A DNA stretch of 64,000 bases from contig JAVBQN010000061.1 of NCBI GenBank assembly GCA_031549025.1, forward strand, positions 6,882-70,881. The letters are read 5' to 3'. The first letter of the stretch is position 1; every line of letters starts with the position of its first letter. Shown here one piece after another: positions 8,176 through 17,367 of the stretch. The translations under genes were made by a program, and so were the position numbers. The notes under the pieces are model-generated. The model ran no database searches. It was not told where the DNA came from and saw nothing but the letters and a program-made list of their open reading frames with translations. This DNA is from Candidatus Adiutrix sp. (GTDB taxonomy: Bacteria; Desulfobacterota; Desulfarculia; Adiutricales; Adiutricaceae).

Positions 8176-9158
8176 CCGCTGAAACCCGCTCCGTCCCGTC
8201 AGCCGCCTTCGAGAACGCGCTGGACCTCTACCTGGGGCACCTGCGGGTGGAACGCAACCTTTCGGGCCACACCCTGGCCGCCTACGGCCGCGACCTGTCC
8301 GCCTTCCTGACCTGGCTGGAACAGGCCGGCGTGACCACCTGGGAAAGGGTGGACCGCAACCGCCTCATGGGCTATATGCTTACGTTGTCCGACCGCCTTT
8401 CGGCCCGCAGCCGGGCCCGGGCCCTGTCGGCCATCCGGGCCTTTTTTCGCTTTCTGGAGAGCGAAAAAATCCTGGGCCACAACCCGGCCCATAATTTCGA
8501 AAGCCCCAAGCTGCCCCAATCCCTCCCGAAAGCCCTGGGGACGGAGGACATGCGCCGCCTGGTCACGGCCCCGGAGACGGACAGCCCCTTGGGGCTCCGC
8601 AACCGGGCCATGTTCGAGCTGATGTATTCGGCGGGGCTGCGGGTTTCGGAACTGCTGGGCCTGACCCTCTCCCAGGTGAATGTCGAGGAAGCCTTCCTGC
8701 GGGTGCGCGGCAAGGGCGACAAAGAGCGCCTGGCCCCGGTGGGCGAGGAGGCCCTGAACCTCCTGGTCCGGTGGCTGAAATTGGGCCGCCCCCACCTGGC
8801 CACGCCGAAGAGCGGGGGGCTGGTCTTTCTCAACAAGCGCGGGGGGCGGCTGTCGCGGCAGTTTTTCTGGCGGGTCCTGGGCCAGTACGCGGCCGAGCTG
8901 GGCCTGAAAGGGGTCACGCCCCACGTGCTGCGTCACTCCTTCGCCACCCACCTGGTGGAGGGCGGGGCCGACCTCCGGGCCGTGCAGATGATGCTGGGCC
9001 ATGCCAGCCTGGCCACCACCGAAATTTACATCAAAGTCGAAACCGAGCGCCTGAGCCGGGTGCACCGCCAATACCATCCCCGGGCCGAGCGGACGGCCGC
9101 CGCCCCATCCGGGAATCCCCAAGTGGATCATGAACCAGAAGACACCGAAAAAGCGTAA
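8172..9158 (+). CDS. xerD: Site-specific tyrosine recombinase XerD
   Basis: The in-frame ATG at 8172 overlaps the peptidase stop (ATGA). SPKLPQSLPKAL, GLRVSELLGL, GKGDKERLAPVG, PHVLRHSFATHL, LGHASLATTEIY and ERLSRVHRQYHPRA closely track E. coli XerD. Confidence 0.88.
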   Translation: MTAETRSVPSAAFENALDLYLGHLRVERNLSGHTLAAYGRDLSAFLTWLEQAGVTTWERVDRNRLMGYMLTLSDRLSARSRARALSAIRAFFRFLESEKILGHNPAHNFESPKLPQSLPKALGTEDMRRLVTAPETDSPLGLRNRAMFELMYSAGLRVSELLGLTLSQVNVEEAFLRVRGKGDKERLAPVGEEALNLLVRWLKLGRPHLATPKSGGLVFLNKRGGRLSRQFFWRVLGQYAAELGLKGVTPHVLRHSFATHLVEGGADLRAVQMMLGHASLATTEIYIKVETERLSRVHRQYHPRAERTAAAPSGNPQVDHEPEDTEKA

Positions 9159-11931
9159 AGAGCCCCTGACCATCATCACCACCCACTTCAACCCCGACTA
9201 TGACGCGGTGGGCTCCATGGTGGCGGCGCGCAAGCTCTATCCCGAGGCTTTGCTGGTCTTTCCCGGCGGGTCGGAGAAAAACCTGCGCCATTTTTTCATC
9301 CAGTCCCTCATCCACCTCATCGACCCGGCCCGGGTGGGCGATGTGGACCTCTCCCGGGTGGGGCGGCTGGTGGTGGTCGATACCCGCCAGCCCTCGCGCC
9401 TGGGCGAGGTGCAGGCCGTCCTGGCCAACCCCGACCTGGACATCCACCTCTACGACCACCACCCCGACGCCCCGGGCGACCTCAAGGGCGAAGTGGAGGT
9501 GGTGGAACCGGTGGGGGCCACGGTGACGGTCCTCACCGAACTCATCAACGACTGCGGCCTGAAACTTCTGCCGGAGGAAGCCACCATGATGGCCGTGGGC
9601 CTCTATGAGGACACGGGCTCCTTCACCTTCAGCTCCACCACCGGGCGCGACTACCTGGCCGCGGCCGAGCTCCTGCGCCAGGGGGCCGACCTGGCCGTGG
9701 TCTCGCAACTGACCGTGCGGGAACTGACCACCGAACAGCTGGCCTTGCTCAACGAACTCATCGACTCCGCCGAGACCCGCCAGGCCCGGGGCCTGAGCTT
9801 CGTCATCGCCACGGCCCAGATCGAACACTACGTCGACGACGTGGCCGTCCTGGCCCACAAGATGATGGAAATCATGGGCCTGTCGATCCTCTTCGTCCTG
9901 GTGGCCATGGACAACAAGGTGCAGCTCATCATCCGCTCCCGCCTGGGCTCCATCAACGCGGCGGCCATCGCCCGGGAATTCGGCGGCGGCGGGCACCCTT
10001 CGGCCGCGGCGGCCAGCATCAAGAACATGAGCCTGAGCCAGGCCAAGAAACGTCTCGACGAAATCCTGTCCGAAACCTTAGGGGCCTTCTACAACGCCCG
10101 GAATCTCATGGTCTATCCGCCCATCACCATCGGCGACTGGCAGACCCTGGAAGAGGCCCGGGAAGTGCTGGTCAAGTTCAGCATCAACGTTCTTCTCGTG
10201 GTGAACCGGGAGGAACAGGTCATCGGCTTCATCTCCGAGCACAACGTGTCCAAAGCCCTGTACCACGGCCTCCTGGACTACCCGGTGAGCGCCTTCATGA
10301 ACACCGAATTCCTGGCCGTGGGCCCGGAGGCCACCTTCATGGAGGTCAAGGAGATCATCGTGGACCGGAAGCAGCGGGTGCTCCCGGTGGTGGAGGGGAA
10401 AAAGCCGGTGGGGGTCATCACCCGCACGGACCTTCTCCAGGTGCTGGCCGGCACCGGCGGCGAGGAAGGCGGCTCCACCGCGGCCCGTTCCGACCCGGGC
10501 CGCCGCAACGTGGCGGCCCTGATGCGGGAGATGATGCCCCCGCCGCTGTTGGCCTTCCTGGAACGCATGGGCCGGACGGCCGACGAGACCGGGGTGAACC
10601 TGTATGCCGTGGGCGGCTGCGTGCGGGACCTCATCATGCGCAAGCCCTCCCATGACGTGGACCTGACCATGGACGGCGACATCGACGACTTCATCGCCCG
10701 GGTCGCCCGGTCCCACCGGGTGACCAAGGTCATCCGCCACCCCCGCTTCAAAACCGCCACCCTGGAGACGGCCGACGGGCTGGTGGTGGACGTCTCCACC
10801 ACCCGGCGCGAATACTACGAGCACCCCGGAGCCCTTCCGGTGGTGCAGACGGGTTCCCTGCACATGGACCTGTATCGGCGCGACTTCACCATCAACAGCC
10901 TGGCCGTGGCCCTCAACTCCGGCAACTTCGGCGAGGTGATGGATTTCTACCGCGGCTACCAGGACATCAAGGACGGCTACATCCGGGTGCTGCACAACCT
11001 CAGTTTCGTCGAGGACCCCACCCGGGCCTTCCGGGCCGTGCGCTTCGAAGCCCGCCTGGGCTTCAAGATCAGCAAGATGACCGCCAGCCTTCTGGAAGGG
11101 GCGGTGCGGAACAAGTTCCTCACCAGCATCGACCGCCGGCGCCTGTTGCACGAACTGAAACTGATCCTGAGCGAGGAGGACCCCGGGCCGGCCATCAAGC
11201 GCCTGAACGATTTCGGCCTCCTGCCCTTCATCCACCCCCAGCTCATCCTGAGCGGAACCCACGCCAAGCTCTTCACCCGCGTCCGCCGGGTGCGCGACTG
11301 GTTGGGGCTCACCTTTCCCGAGCGGCTGGACCAGGCCTGGTTCGTCTATCTCATCGCCCTGACCGACCGCCTCAAGCTCCACGAGCTGGACACCCTGGCC
11401 CGGTCCCTGACGCTGAAGAAAAAAGACGCCCAGATCCTCACCGCCGAGCGCCCCCTGGCCGACGAAATCCTGGCCCATTACAAAAAACCTCTGGGCCCCC
11501 TGGCCGCCAGCCTGACCTACCGCCTCCTGTCGGAACTGAGCTGGCCGACCATCCTTTACATCATGGCCAAAACCGAAAATGAGGAACTGTCCCAGGCCGG
11601 GGTGGGCTTCCTGACCATGTACCGCCAGGTGAAACCCTTGTCCACGGGCCGCGATCTGATCGCCCTGGGCCTGCCCCAGGGGCCGCGCATCCACGAGGCC
11701 TACGAAACGCTGCGCCTGGCCCGGCTCGACGGCCTGGTCCGCACCCGGGTGGACGAAATCGAATACGTGCGGAAGCTCCGAGAGGCCAACTGGCCGCCCT
11801 ACGCGCCACCCAACTCGCCGCCCCTCCCCGCCCGCTTCCTCCGCCCGGACCGCCTCGGCCGAAAACGGGACCACAGCCCGTTGGGCCAAGAGCTGAATGA
11901 GGAACAGACCAGCCACTGCCACCGCCGCTGA
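9130..11931 (+). CDS. DHH/DHHA1 - CBS pair - poly(A) polymerase/CCA-adding nucleotidyltransferase fusion protein
   Basis: 933 aa. The N-terminus has TTHFNPDYDAVGS...DHHP...GGGGHPSAAA (DHH/DHHA1). The middle has two CBS-like repeats. The C-terminus has YAVGGCVRDLIM...DVDL...RRDFTINSLA (PolyA_pol head domain). Confidence 0.85.
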   Translation: MNQKTPKKRKEPLTIITTHFNPDYDAVGSMVAARKLYPEALLVFPGGSEKNLRHFFIQSLIHLIDPARVGDVDLSRVGRLVVVDTRQPSRLGEVQAVLANPDLDIHLYDHHPDAPGDLKGEVEVVEPVGATVTVLTELINDCGLKLLPEEATMMAVGLYEDTGSFTFSSTTGRDYLAAAELLRQGADLAVVSQLTVRELTTEQLALLNELIDSAETRQARGLSFVIATAQIEHYVDDVAVLAHKMMEIMGLSILFVLVAMDNKVQLIIRSRLGSINAAAIAREFGGGGHPSAAAASIKNMSLSQAKKRLDEILSETLGAFYNARNLMVYPPITIGDWQTLEEAREVLVKFSINVLLVVNREEQVIGFISEHNVSKALYHGLLDYPVSAFMNTEFLAVGPEATFMEVKEIIVDRKQRVLPVVEGKKPVGVITRTDLLQVLAGTGGEEGGSTAARSDPGRRNVAALMREMMPPPLLAFLERMGRTADETGVNLYAVGGCVRDLIMRKPSHDVDLTMDGDIDDFIARVARSHRVTKVIRHPRFKTATLETADGLVVDVSTTRREYYEHPGALPVVQTGSLHMDLYRRDFTINSLAVALNSGNFGEVMDFYRGYQDIKDGYIRVLHNLSFVEDPTRAFRAVRFEARLGFKISKMTASLLEGAVRNKFLTSIDRRRLLHELKLILSEEDPGPAIKRLNDFGLLPFIHPQLILSGTHAKLFTRVRRVRDWLGLTFPERLDQAWFVYLIALTDRLKLHELDTLARSLTLKKKDAQILTAERPLADEILAHYKKPLGPLAASLTYRLLSELSWPTILYIMAKTENEELSQAGVGFLTMYRQVKPLSTGRDLIALGLPQGPRIHEAYETLRLARLDGLVRTRVDEIEYVRKLREANWPPYAPPNSPPLPARFLRPDRLGRKRDHSPLGQELNEEQTSHCHRR

Positions 11932-12154
11932 AGATTGGCTGAACTGATGATCCCGAGGCCGTACGCCGTTTTCGACTTTTGCCCCCCCTCCTGGCGCTGC
12001 CGCCGCCCCGGCCCTGGCCGCCGAGACCGCCACGGCCCAGAGCGAGTTTCTGGCCGACCTGGCTTCGGAGTTCCGCTCCGCCGCTCCGCCGGACTATCCG
12101 GCCGCGGCCGCCGCTTAGATGGCGTCCATTATTGACAACCATCTCACCCTGAAC

Positions 12155-12976
12155 CTAATACTCATCCACCTCTATGTTGTAGCTAAACTCCGGAGTCGGG
12201 AAAGCGCCGCTGACGGTTTCGGCATAAAATTTATTGAGCGCTTCGACGACCATCGGTCGCAATTTATTGTATTGCTTGACAAACTTTGGCTTAAAGTCTC
12301 CGAACAGGCCGATCATATCGTAAAGGTTTAGTTCCTGGCAGTCGCAGTGGGGCCCCGCGCCGCAGCCCAATGTGGGAATCTCCAACGTCTCGGTAATCTT
12401 TTTAGAAACGGCGCTGGGAACGCATTCCAGACCAACGGCAAAAGCGCCGGCTTCTTCAACGGCCAGCGCGTCTGCCATCACCTTATCAGCGGCGGCTTTG
12501 GTCGCGCCCTGCACTTTAAAGCCGCCCAAGGCGCTGGCGGACTGCGGGGTAAGGCCGATATGAGCGCATACCGGAATGCCGGCATTGACGATGGCCTTTA
12601 TTTGAGGCGCCATGATGGCGCCGCCTTCCAGCTTGACACAGTCGCAGCCGCCCTCTTTCATAATGCGGTTGGCGGTCTCAATGGCTTGCTCGCAGCTTAC
12701 GTTGTAGGAGCCAAACGGCATATCGCCCACAATGAAGGTGTTGGGCGCCCCCTTTACAACGGCTTTGATATGATGGATCATCATATCGACAGTTACGGGG
12801 ATGGTGGAGCCCATGCCCAGCATAACATGGCCCATTGAGTCGCCAACCAGGATCATATCTGTTTTGCTCTCGTCCACAATACTCGCCATCGTATAGTCAT
12901 AACAGATGACCCAAGTCCATTTTATCCCTTCCTGCTTATACTTTTTAAAGTCCGGAACCGTCATCTTCTTTTTCAT
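12155..12976 (-). CDS. panB: 3-methyl-2-oxobutanoate hydroxymethyltransferase (ketopantoate hydroxymethyltransferase)
   Basis: LVGDSMGHVMLGMGSTIPVTVDMMIHH, VGDMPFGSY, VKLEGG and HIGLTPQS...GGFKVQG are canonical PanB motifs. Confidence 0.88.
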   Translation of the reverse strand: MKKKMTVPDFKKYKQEGIKWTWVICYDYTMASIVDESKTDMILVGDSMGHVMLGMGSTIPVTVDMMIHHIKAVVKGAPNTFIVGDMPFGSYNVSCEQAIETANRIMKEGGCDCVKLEGGAIMAPQIKAIVNAGIPVCAHIGLTPQSASALGGFKVQGATKAAADKVMADALAVEEAGAFAVGLECVPSAVSKKITETLEIPTLGCGAGPHCDCQELNLYDMIGLFGDFKPKFVKQYNKLRPMVVEALNKFYAETVSGAFPTPEFSYNIEVDEY

Positions 12977-13034
12977 AAATAACCCTCTTCTAAAATACTA
13001 TTCCTGGGAAACCGGGGCTGTCCTAAAGAACCGG

Positions 13035-13808
13035 CTATGTCAACCGGGAAATCATCCCGCCGTCCACCACGATGGTAATGCCGTTTAAATAATCTCCGGC
13101 ATGGGAAGCAAGCATAATGGCCAGCCCCTTGAAATCGTCCGGAGTAGCCCAGCAGCCCAGGGGAATTCTCTGTAAGCTCTTTTCGTAGCGCTCCGTATCC
13201 TTCAGGACCGCCTCGGTAATCTGCGTATGCGTAAACCCGGGCGCAATAGCGGTGGTACGAATTCCATACTGGCTCCATTCGTCGGCAAAACACATGGTGA
13301 GCTGGCGCACGGCGGCCTTGGTCGCCTGATAGGCGGGAATATTCTTTACGGTACTGATAAAGGCGGCCAGGGAGGAGTTATGGATTATTTTCCCATAATT
13401 CTTCTTTTTCATGATCTCGGCTGCGCGCCGGCTGATATCGAACAAGGCCGTCATATTGACTTCGACGATTTCGTCCCAGGCTTCAATCGGGAAGACATCG
13501 ATAGGAATTCGTTTGGTGATGCCCGCGTTGTTGACTAAAATATCCAATTCGCCGTTGAGCTTTTCAACACATTCATCGAAAGCGGCGGCGCGCTGTTTTC
13601 TGTCAAGAAGGTTCATTTTGACCGGATGTACCTGGTCGAGCCCTTTTTTTTCGAACTCTTCGCGGGTTTCGTAAATCGCATCGCTGGAACCGGTTATGAC
13701 GACCTCGGCGCCATATTCAAGGTAGCCTTCAGCGATGCTTTTTCCAATTCCTTTTCCGCCGCCGGTTACAATGGCTTTCATGCCTGCCAACGAAAAAATG
13801 TCGCTCAT
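13035..13808 (-). CDS. Short-chain dehydrogenase/reductase (KduD/FabG-like)
   Basis: ORF 13035..13889 trimmed to MSDIFSLAGMKAIVTGGGKGIG (TGxxxGIG). NNAG and YQATKAA (YxxxK) are present. Confidence 0.85.
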   Translation of the reverse strand: MSDIFSLAGMKAIVTGGGKGIGKSIAEGYLEYGAEVVITGSSDAIYETREEFEKKGLDQVHPVKMNLLDRKQRAAAFDECVEKLNGELDILVNNAGITKRIPIDVFPIEAWDEIVEVNMTALFDISRRAAEIMKKKNYGKIIHNSSLAAFISTVKNIPAYQATKAAVRQLTMCFADEWSQYGIRTTAIAPGFTHTQITEAVLKDTERYEKSLQRIPLGCWATPDDFKGLAIMLASHAGDYLNGITIVVDGGMISRLT

Positions 13809-14026
13809 TTTCCTCTCCTGTTTCATTTTTTTGCAAAACCGGCGATGAGGCGGCAGGGAGAATTGCGAGAAAACCAAACGCTGAACCATTACCTGGCCCC
13901 CGTTTCCGCATGCGATAGCGACCGGTTAAAGTTTTTGCTTTTCATTGAGCAATCAGCATCCGGGGCCCCTGGAATTCTTCCTGCCATGCCTATCCGTCCG
14001 GCAATCGATCCAGACTCACAAGCCGT

Positions 14027-14944
14027 TCAGCCGCCGACGCTGATATGAACATTCCCGCAACTAAGCGAGTCCTTAACGCTCCCGAACGCATCCATATCCA
14101 ACGAAACCCGGCCGCTGATTTTCCTGAACGAATATACGTTTCCCATTGCGGTATACTTGTTGCTGCCGTATTCGTGGTAAGGCAGGAAGTTCAGAAGCGT
14201 GACGCCCAGATTATTCGCCAAATCAACGATTCCCTGCAGCGTCGCCTGGTCGTCGTTGATATTCGGGATTACCGGTACGCGTATGATGACGCGGCGTTTT
14301 TGCCTCGCCAGCCACTCAAGATTGCTCAGAATCAACTTATTGTCCACGCCGGTAAACTGCTTGTGCTTCCCGGGGTCCGAATGCTTTACATCATATAGAT
14401 ATGTATCCACATAGGGATCCACCATCCGCAGCGTTTCCAGCGAACAGTGCCCCGCCGTTTCCATGGCGGCGGGAAGTCCTTCCTCCTTTGCCCGTTTAAG
14501 CAGCGCCAACGCGAAGTCCGCCTGCGCCAGCGGTTCCCCCCCGGAAAGCGTCAGACCGCCGCCCGACAACTTGTAAAAGACCGTATCGCGCATGACTTCG
14601 GCAAATACCTCGTCAACCGTCATCGCCAGCCCGCGCATAACCAACGCGTCCGCATAACACACTTCGCAACAGTCGCCGCAGTCCGTGCACCGTTCCCGGT
14701 CACAGGCGATACCCGTGTCATCGCTCCAGCTCAGCGCCTTCCGTCCGCACTTCTCGACACAGGCCTGGCATCCGATGCACTTGTCTTTCCATTGAAAAAG
14801 CTGCCGCTTGATCTCCTTTGACTCCGGATTGCTGCACCACATGCAATCCAACGGACAGCCTTTTAAAAATACAATTGTCCTTATGCCTTTGCCGTCGTGC
14901 AGCGAAAAACGCTGAATGTCGAATACAGTTCCTTCGTGTACCAT
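14027..14944 (-). CDS. Glycyl-radical enzyme activating protein (radical SAM)
   Basis: FDIQRFSLHDGKGIRTIVFLKGCPLDCMWCSNPE (CX3CX2C) plus two ferredoxin-like motifs, CIGCQACVEKC and CTDCGDCCEVC. An alternative start at 14980 would overlap the GRE stop by 8 nt. Confidence 0.9.
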   Translation of the reverse strand: MVHEGTVFDIQRFSLHDGKGIRTIVFLKGCPLDCMWCSNPESKEIKRQLFQWKDKCIGCQACVEKCGRKALSWSDDTGIACDRERCTDCGDCCEVCYADALVMRGLAMTVDEVFAEVMRDTVFYKLSGGGLTLSGGEPLAQADFALALLKRAKEEGLPAAMETAGHCSLETLRMVDPYVDTYLYDVKHSDPGKHKQFTGVDNKLILSNLEWLARQKRRVIIRVPVIPNINDDQATLQGIVDLANNLGVTLLNFLPYHEYGSNKYTAMGNVYSFRKISGRVSLDMDAFGSVKDSLSCGNVHISVGG

Positions 14945-14972
14945 TTCTGTATCCTTTCCGATATACAGTCCA

Positions 14973-17357
14973 TCAGGCATTGGCGCTATGGGCCGTTCTC
15001 CGGATGATCTCTTCCTGAATCTCCTTCTCCAGCCGCGTGAACAACGCACTGTAGCCAGCCACCCGCACGACCAACCCCTTGTATTTCTCAGGGCTGGCCT
15101 GCGCCTTCCGAAGCGTCTCAGTCGTCAGCACATTGTACTGGCATTCCCAGCAGTCAAGCTCGGCTATGCCCCGCATATAGCTGTTAAAGCTATCCGTGGA
15201 GTTTTCTCCCACGAACACGGAAGGATGGAATTTCTGGTTGAGCACACAGCCGTGCAGGATCTCAACGTGATCCAGCTTGCCGACCGATTTCAGGACGGCG
15301 GTCGGGCCTTTTCTGTCCATTCCGTGCGTCGGCGATATGCCGCCGTCATTGAGCGGCCTGGTGGCCCGGCGCCCATCCGGCGTCGCCGCCGTAATCAGGC
15401 CAAAGGGGATGTAGGAGGTCACGTAATACAACCCGCCAATGAAGGGACCATTGCCTCTGTTGCATTTCTGCCGCCCCAGCGCGTCCATATAGATATGCAG
15501 CACCTGGTTGTTCATCCCGTCGGCTTCGTCCGAGTCGTTGCCAAACTTCGGCGCGCGATTGAGCAACATCTGCCGGATCGGCTCGTTTCCCTCAAAGTCG
15601 GCCTCCAGAACCTCCAGAAGCTTGGCCATCGTGAGCCTCTTTTGGTCGAAGACCAGCGTCTTAATGGCCTGAAGCGAATCGCCCGCCGTGATCAGGCCCA
15701 CACCCAACGGGGAGGCCGTGTTGTAGCGCGCCCCGCCCGCGTTGAACTCCACCCCGTCCCTGATGCAGTCCTGCGTTACCACCGAGTAAAGCGGCACCGG
15801 ATAATAGTTTTTTTGGCAGTATTCCAGAACAGCGTCGTAATCCGCGATGGCGTCGGTGAAGTAGTCGACCTGCGCGCGAAATGCGTTCAGCACCACCTCA
15901 AAGCTCTCGGCGTTGGCCATATCGCCGGTCCGGGGGCCCATCTGCTGTCCGGTGAGCATACATTTACCGTGGTTCAGAGCGAGTTCCAGGCATTTGGCCA
16001 GGTTGATTTGTCCCGCGTTGCCCCAGCTGTTCGTTTTCCCGCTGACGACCGCTTCGCTGCAGCCGAAATTGCACCAGTCTTCCGCGTCGCCCGGCTCGGT
16101 GCCCAAGGAACGCATGGCCTCCACGACGACTTCGTCGCCAAACACCTTGATCTTGTTGATACCCTTTTTGACGCCCTCCCCGATCTTGGCCAAAAACTCC
16201 TCAGGGGCGGTCTTGGTGAGGCGCACGGCAATATCCGGCTGAGCCAGACTGGTACGATAATCCGCTTCCAGCAACAGGATGGTCAGGTCGTTCACACAGT
16301 CCTTGCCGTTTCTGTCAACCCCGCCCAGCGTCATGCATCCTATGGCCGGTCCTTGCTGGTGCCGGGTCGCCTCGTTTGAGTAAATCTTGTCGATTTCGTT
16401 ACATTTGAGGAAGAAATATTCTGACAGGAGAAGCGCGTCCTCTCGGCTCATACCTTCATTCCGGGAATTTTGATAATAGGGAAACAACGTCTGGTCCAGC
16501 CGCCCGTAGGCGATTGAAAGGCCGTTGGATTCGAGCTGCATGACCAATTGGATAAAATGCACGAACTGCAGCGCTTCGTGATAGGTGTGGACCGGCTTTG
16601 CGGGCACGTTCCGGCAAACCTCCGCTATCTTTCTCAGATCCTCGGCCCGCTCGGGATCCTGTTCCCGGGCGGCCTCTTCCTCGGCCAGATCCGCATAGCG
16701 TCCGGCAAAGGTGATCATGGCCTCGCAGGTGATGATGCATGCCTCATAAAAGGCGGTCTTCTCAATATAGTTGTAGTCCACCCGGGTTCTGTTCAGATCG
16801 GCCAGCTTTTCGCGGCATTCCTCAATGATGCTTAAAAACCCGCGGGAGAGCATCCGTTCGTAATCCGGGGACATATGGCCTGGACCCGACATGTTGAAGT
16901 TCGTGTTCTTAATGACGCCTAAACGCAATATCGCTCTCAGCGGTTCGGGGGTGAGCGCGTATGACCTGTCGTCCATGCTGTAGCCGGCCCACTTTTCAAG
17001 ACATTTTCGCAATATCTCCTGCTGCTCTTCGGTGATCTTGAATCTGTCACCTATGCGGGTCTCAAAGGTGTGCATCTGATCTCTAATCCACTTGTAGCCG
17101 TATTCTGGGAAGAGGGGCACACTGCGTTTTTTGATCCCCCCCTGATTACCCACGAAAATTTCGTGCTCACGGACCACAACGGTCATTTTCGTCAGGAGAT
17201 CTTTCAGCACCAGCGCGCGCTGCACGATGGGGGGGGACGCAATATGCGTGAAAAAGGATTCGGTTACAATCTCCACGCGTTCCGTATCAACGCAGCGATC
17301 ACAATTAAGGAAATCTTCACGTAAAATCTTGATATTGTCTTTCATGACAGATGCCAC
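14973..17357 (-). CDS. Glycyl radical enzyme, PFL2/glycerol-dehydratase-like family, substrate unknown
   Basis: 794 aa. It has the C-terminal glycine-radical motif VVRVAGYSALF and the Cys loop NFGCSEAVV (Cys-x-Glu, as in the 1,2-eliminase/dehydratase class rather than the PFL Cys-Cys). Confidence 0.9.
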   Translation of the reverse strand: MASVMKDNIKILREDFLNCDRCVDTERVEIVTESFFTHIASPPIVQRALVLKDLLTKMTVVVREHEIFVGNQGGIKKRSVPLFPEYGYKWIRDQMHTFETRIGDRFKITEEQQEILRKCLEKWAGYSMDDRSYALTPEPLRAILRLGVIKNTNFNMSGPGHMSPDYERMLSRGFLSIIEECREKLADLNRTRVDYNYIEKTAFYEACIITCEAMITFAGRYADLAEEEAAREQDPERAEDLRKIAEVCRNVPAKPVHTYHEALQFVHFIQLVMQLESNGLSIAYGRLDQTLFPYYQNSRNEGMSREDALLLSEYFFLKCNEIDKIYSNEATRHQQGPAIGCMTLGGVDRNGKDCVNDLTILLLEADYRTSLAQPDIAVRLTKTAPEEFLAKIGEGVKKGINKIKVFGDEVVVEAMRSLGTEPGDAEDWCNFGCSEAVVSGKTNSWGNAGQINLAKCLELALNHGKCMLTGQQMGPRTGDMANAESFEVVLNAFRAQVDYFTDAIADYDAVLEYCQKNYYPVPLYSVVTQDCIRDGVEFNAGGARYNTASPLGVGLITAGDSLQAIKTLVFDQKRLTMAKLLEVLEADFEGNEPIRQMLLNRAPKFGNDSDEADGMNNQVLHIYMDALGRQKCNRGNGPFIGGLYYVTSYIPFGLITAATPDGRRATRPLNDGGISPTHGMDRKGPTAVLKSVGKLDHVEILHGCVLNQKFHPSVFVGENSTDSFNSYMRGIAELDCWECQYNVLTTETLRKAQASPEKYKGLVVRVAGYSALFTRLEKEIQEEIIRRTAHSANA

Positions 17358-17367
17358 CTTTCCAGGG

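Noticed and set aside
8172-9158. XerD as a possible integrase of the neighbouring low-GC island
   Set aside because: The sequence tracks housekeeping XerD over its full length. It is 3 kb from the island border with a housekeeping gene in between, and it has native high GC.
11951-12118. High-GC open frame ...APALAAETATAQSEFLADLASEFRSAAPPDYPAAAAA* at the left island border
   Set aside because: There is no ATG/GTG/TTG start in frame after the stops at 11945-11950, and I recognise no family. It may be a gene remnant cut by island insertion, but it cannot be supported as a feature.
10078-12142. 651-aa and 193-aa minus-strand ORFs antisense to the DHH-CBS-CCA gene
   Set aside because: These are shadow ORFs (GPGR-rich). 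The plus frame has DHH, CBS and PolyA_pol motifs.
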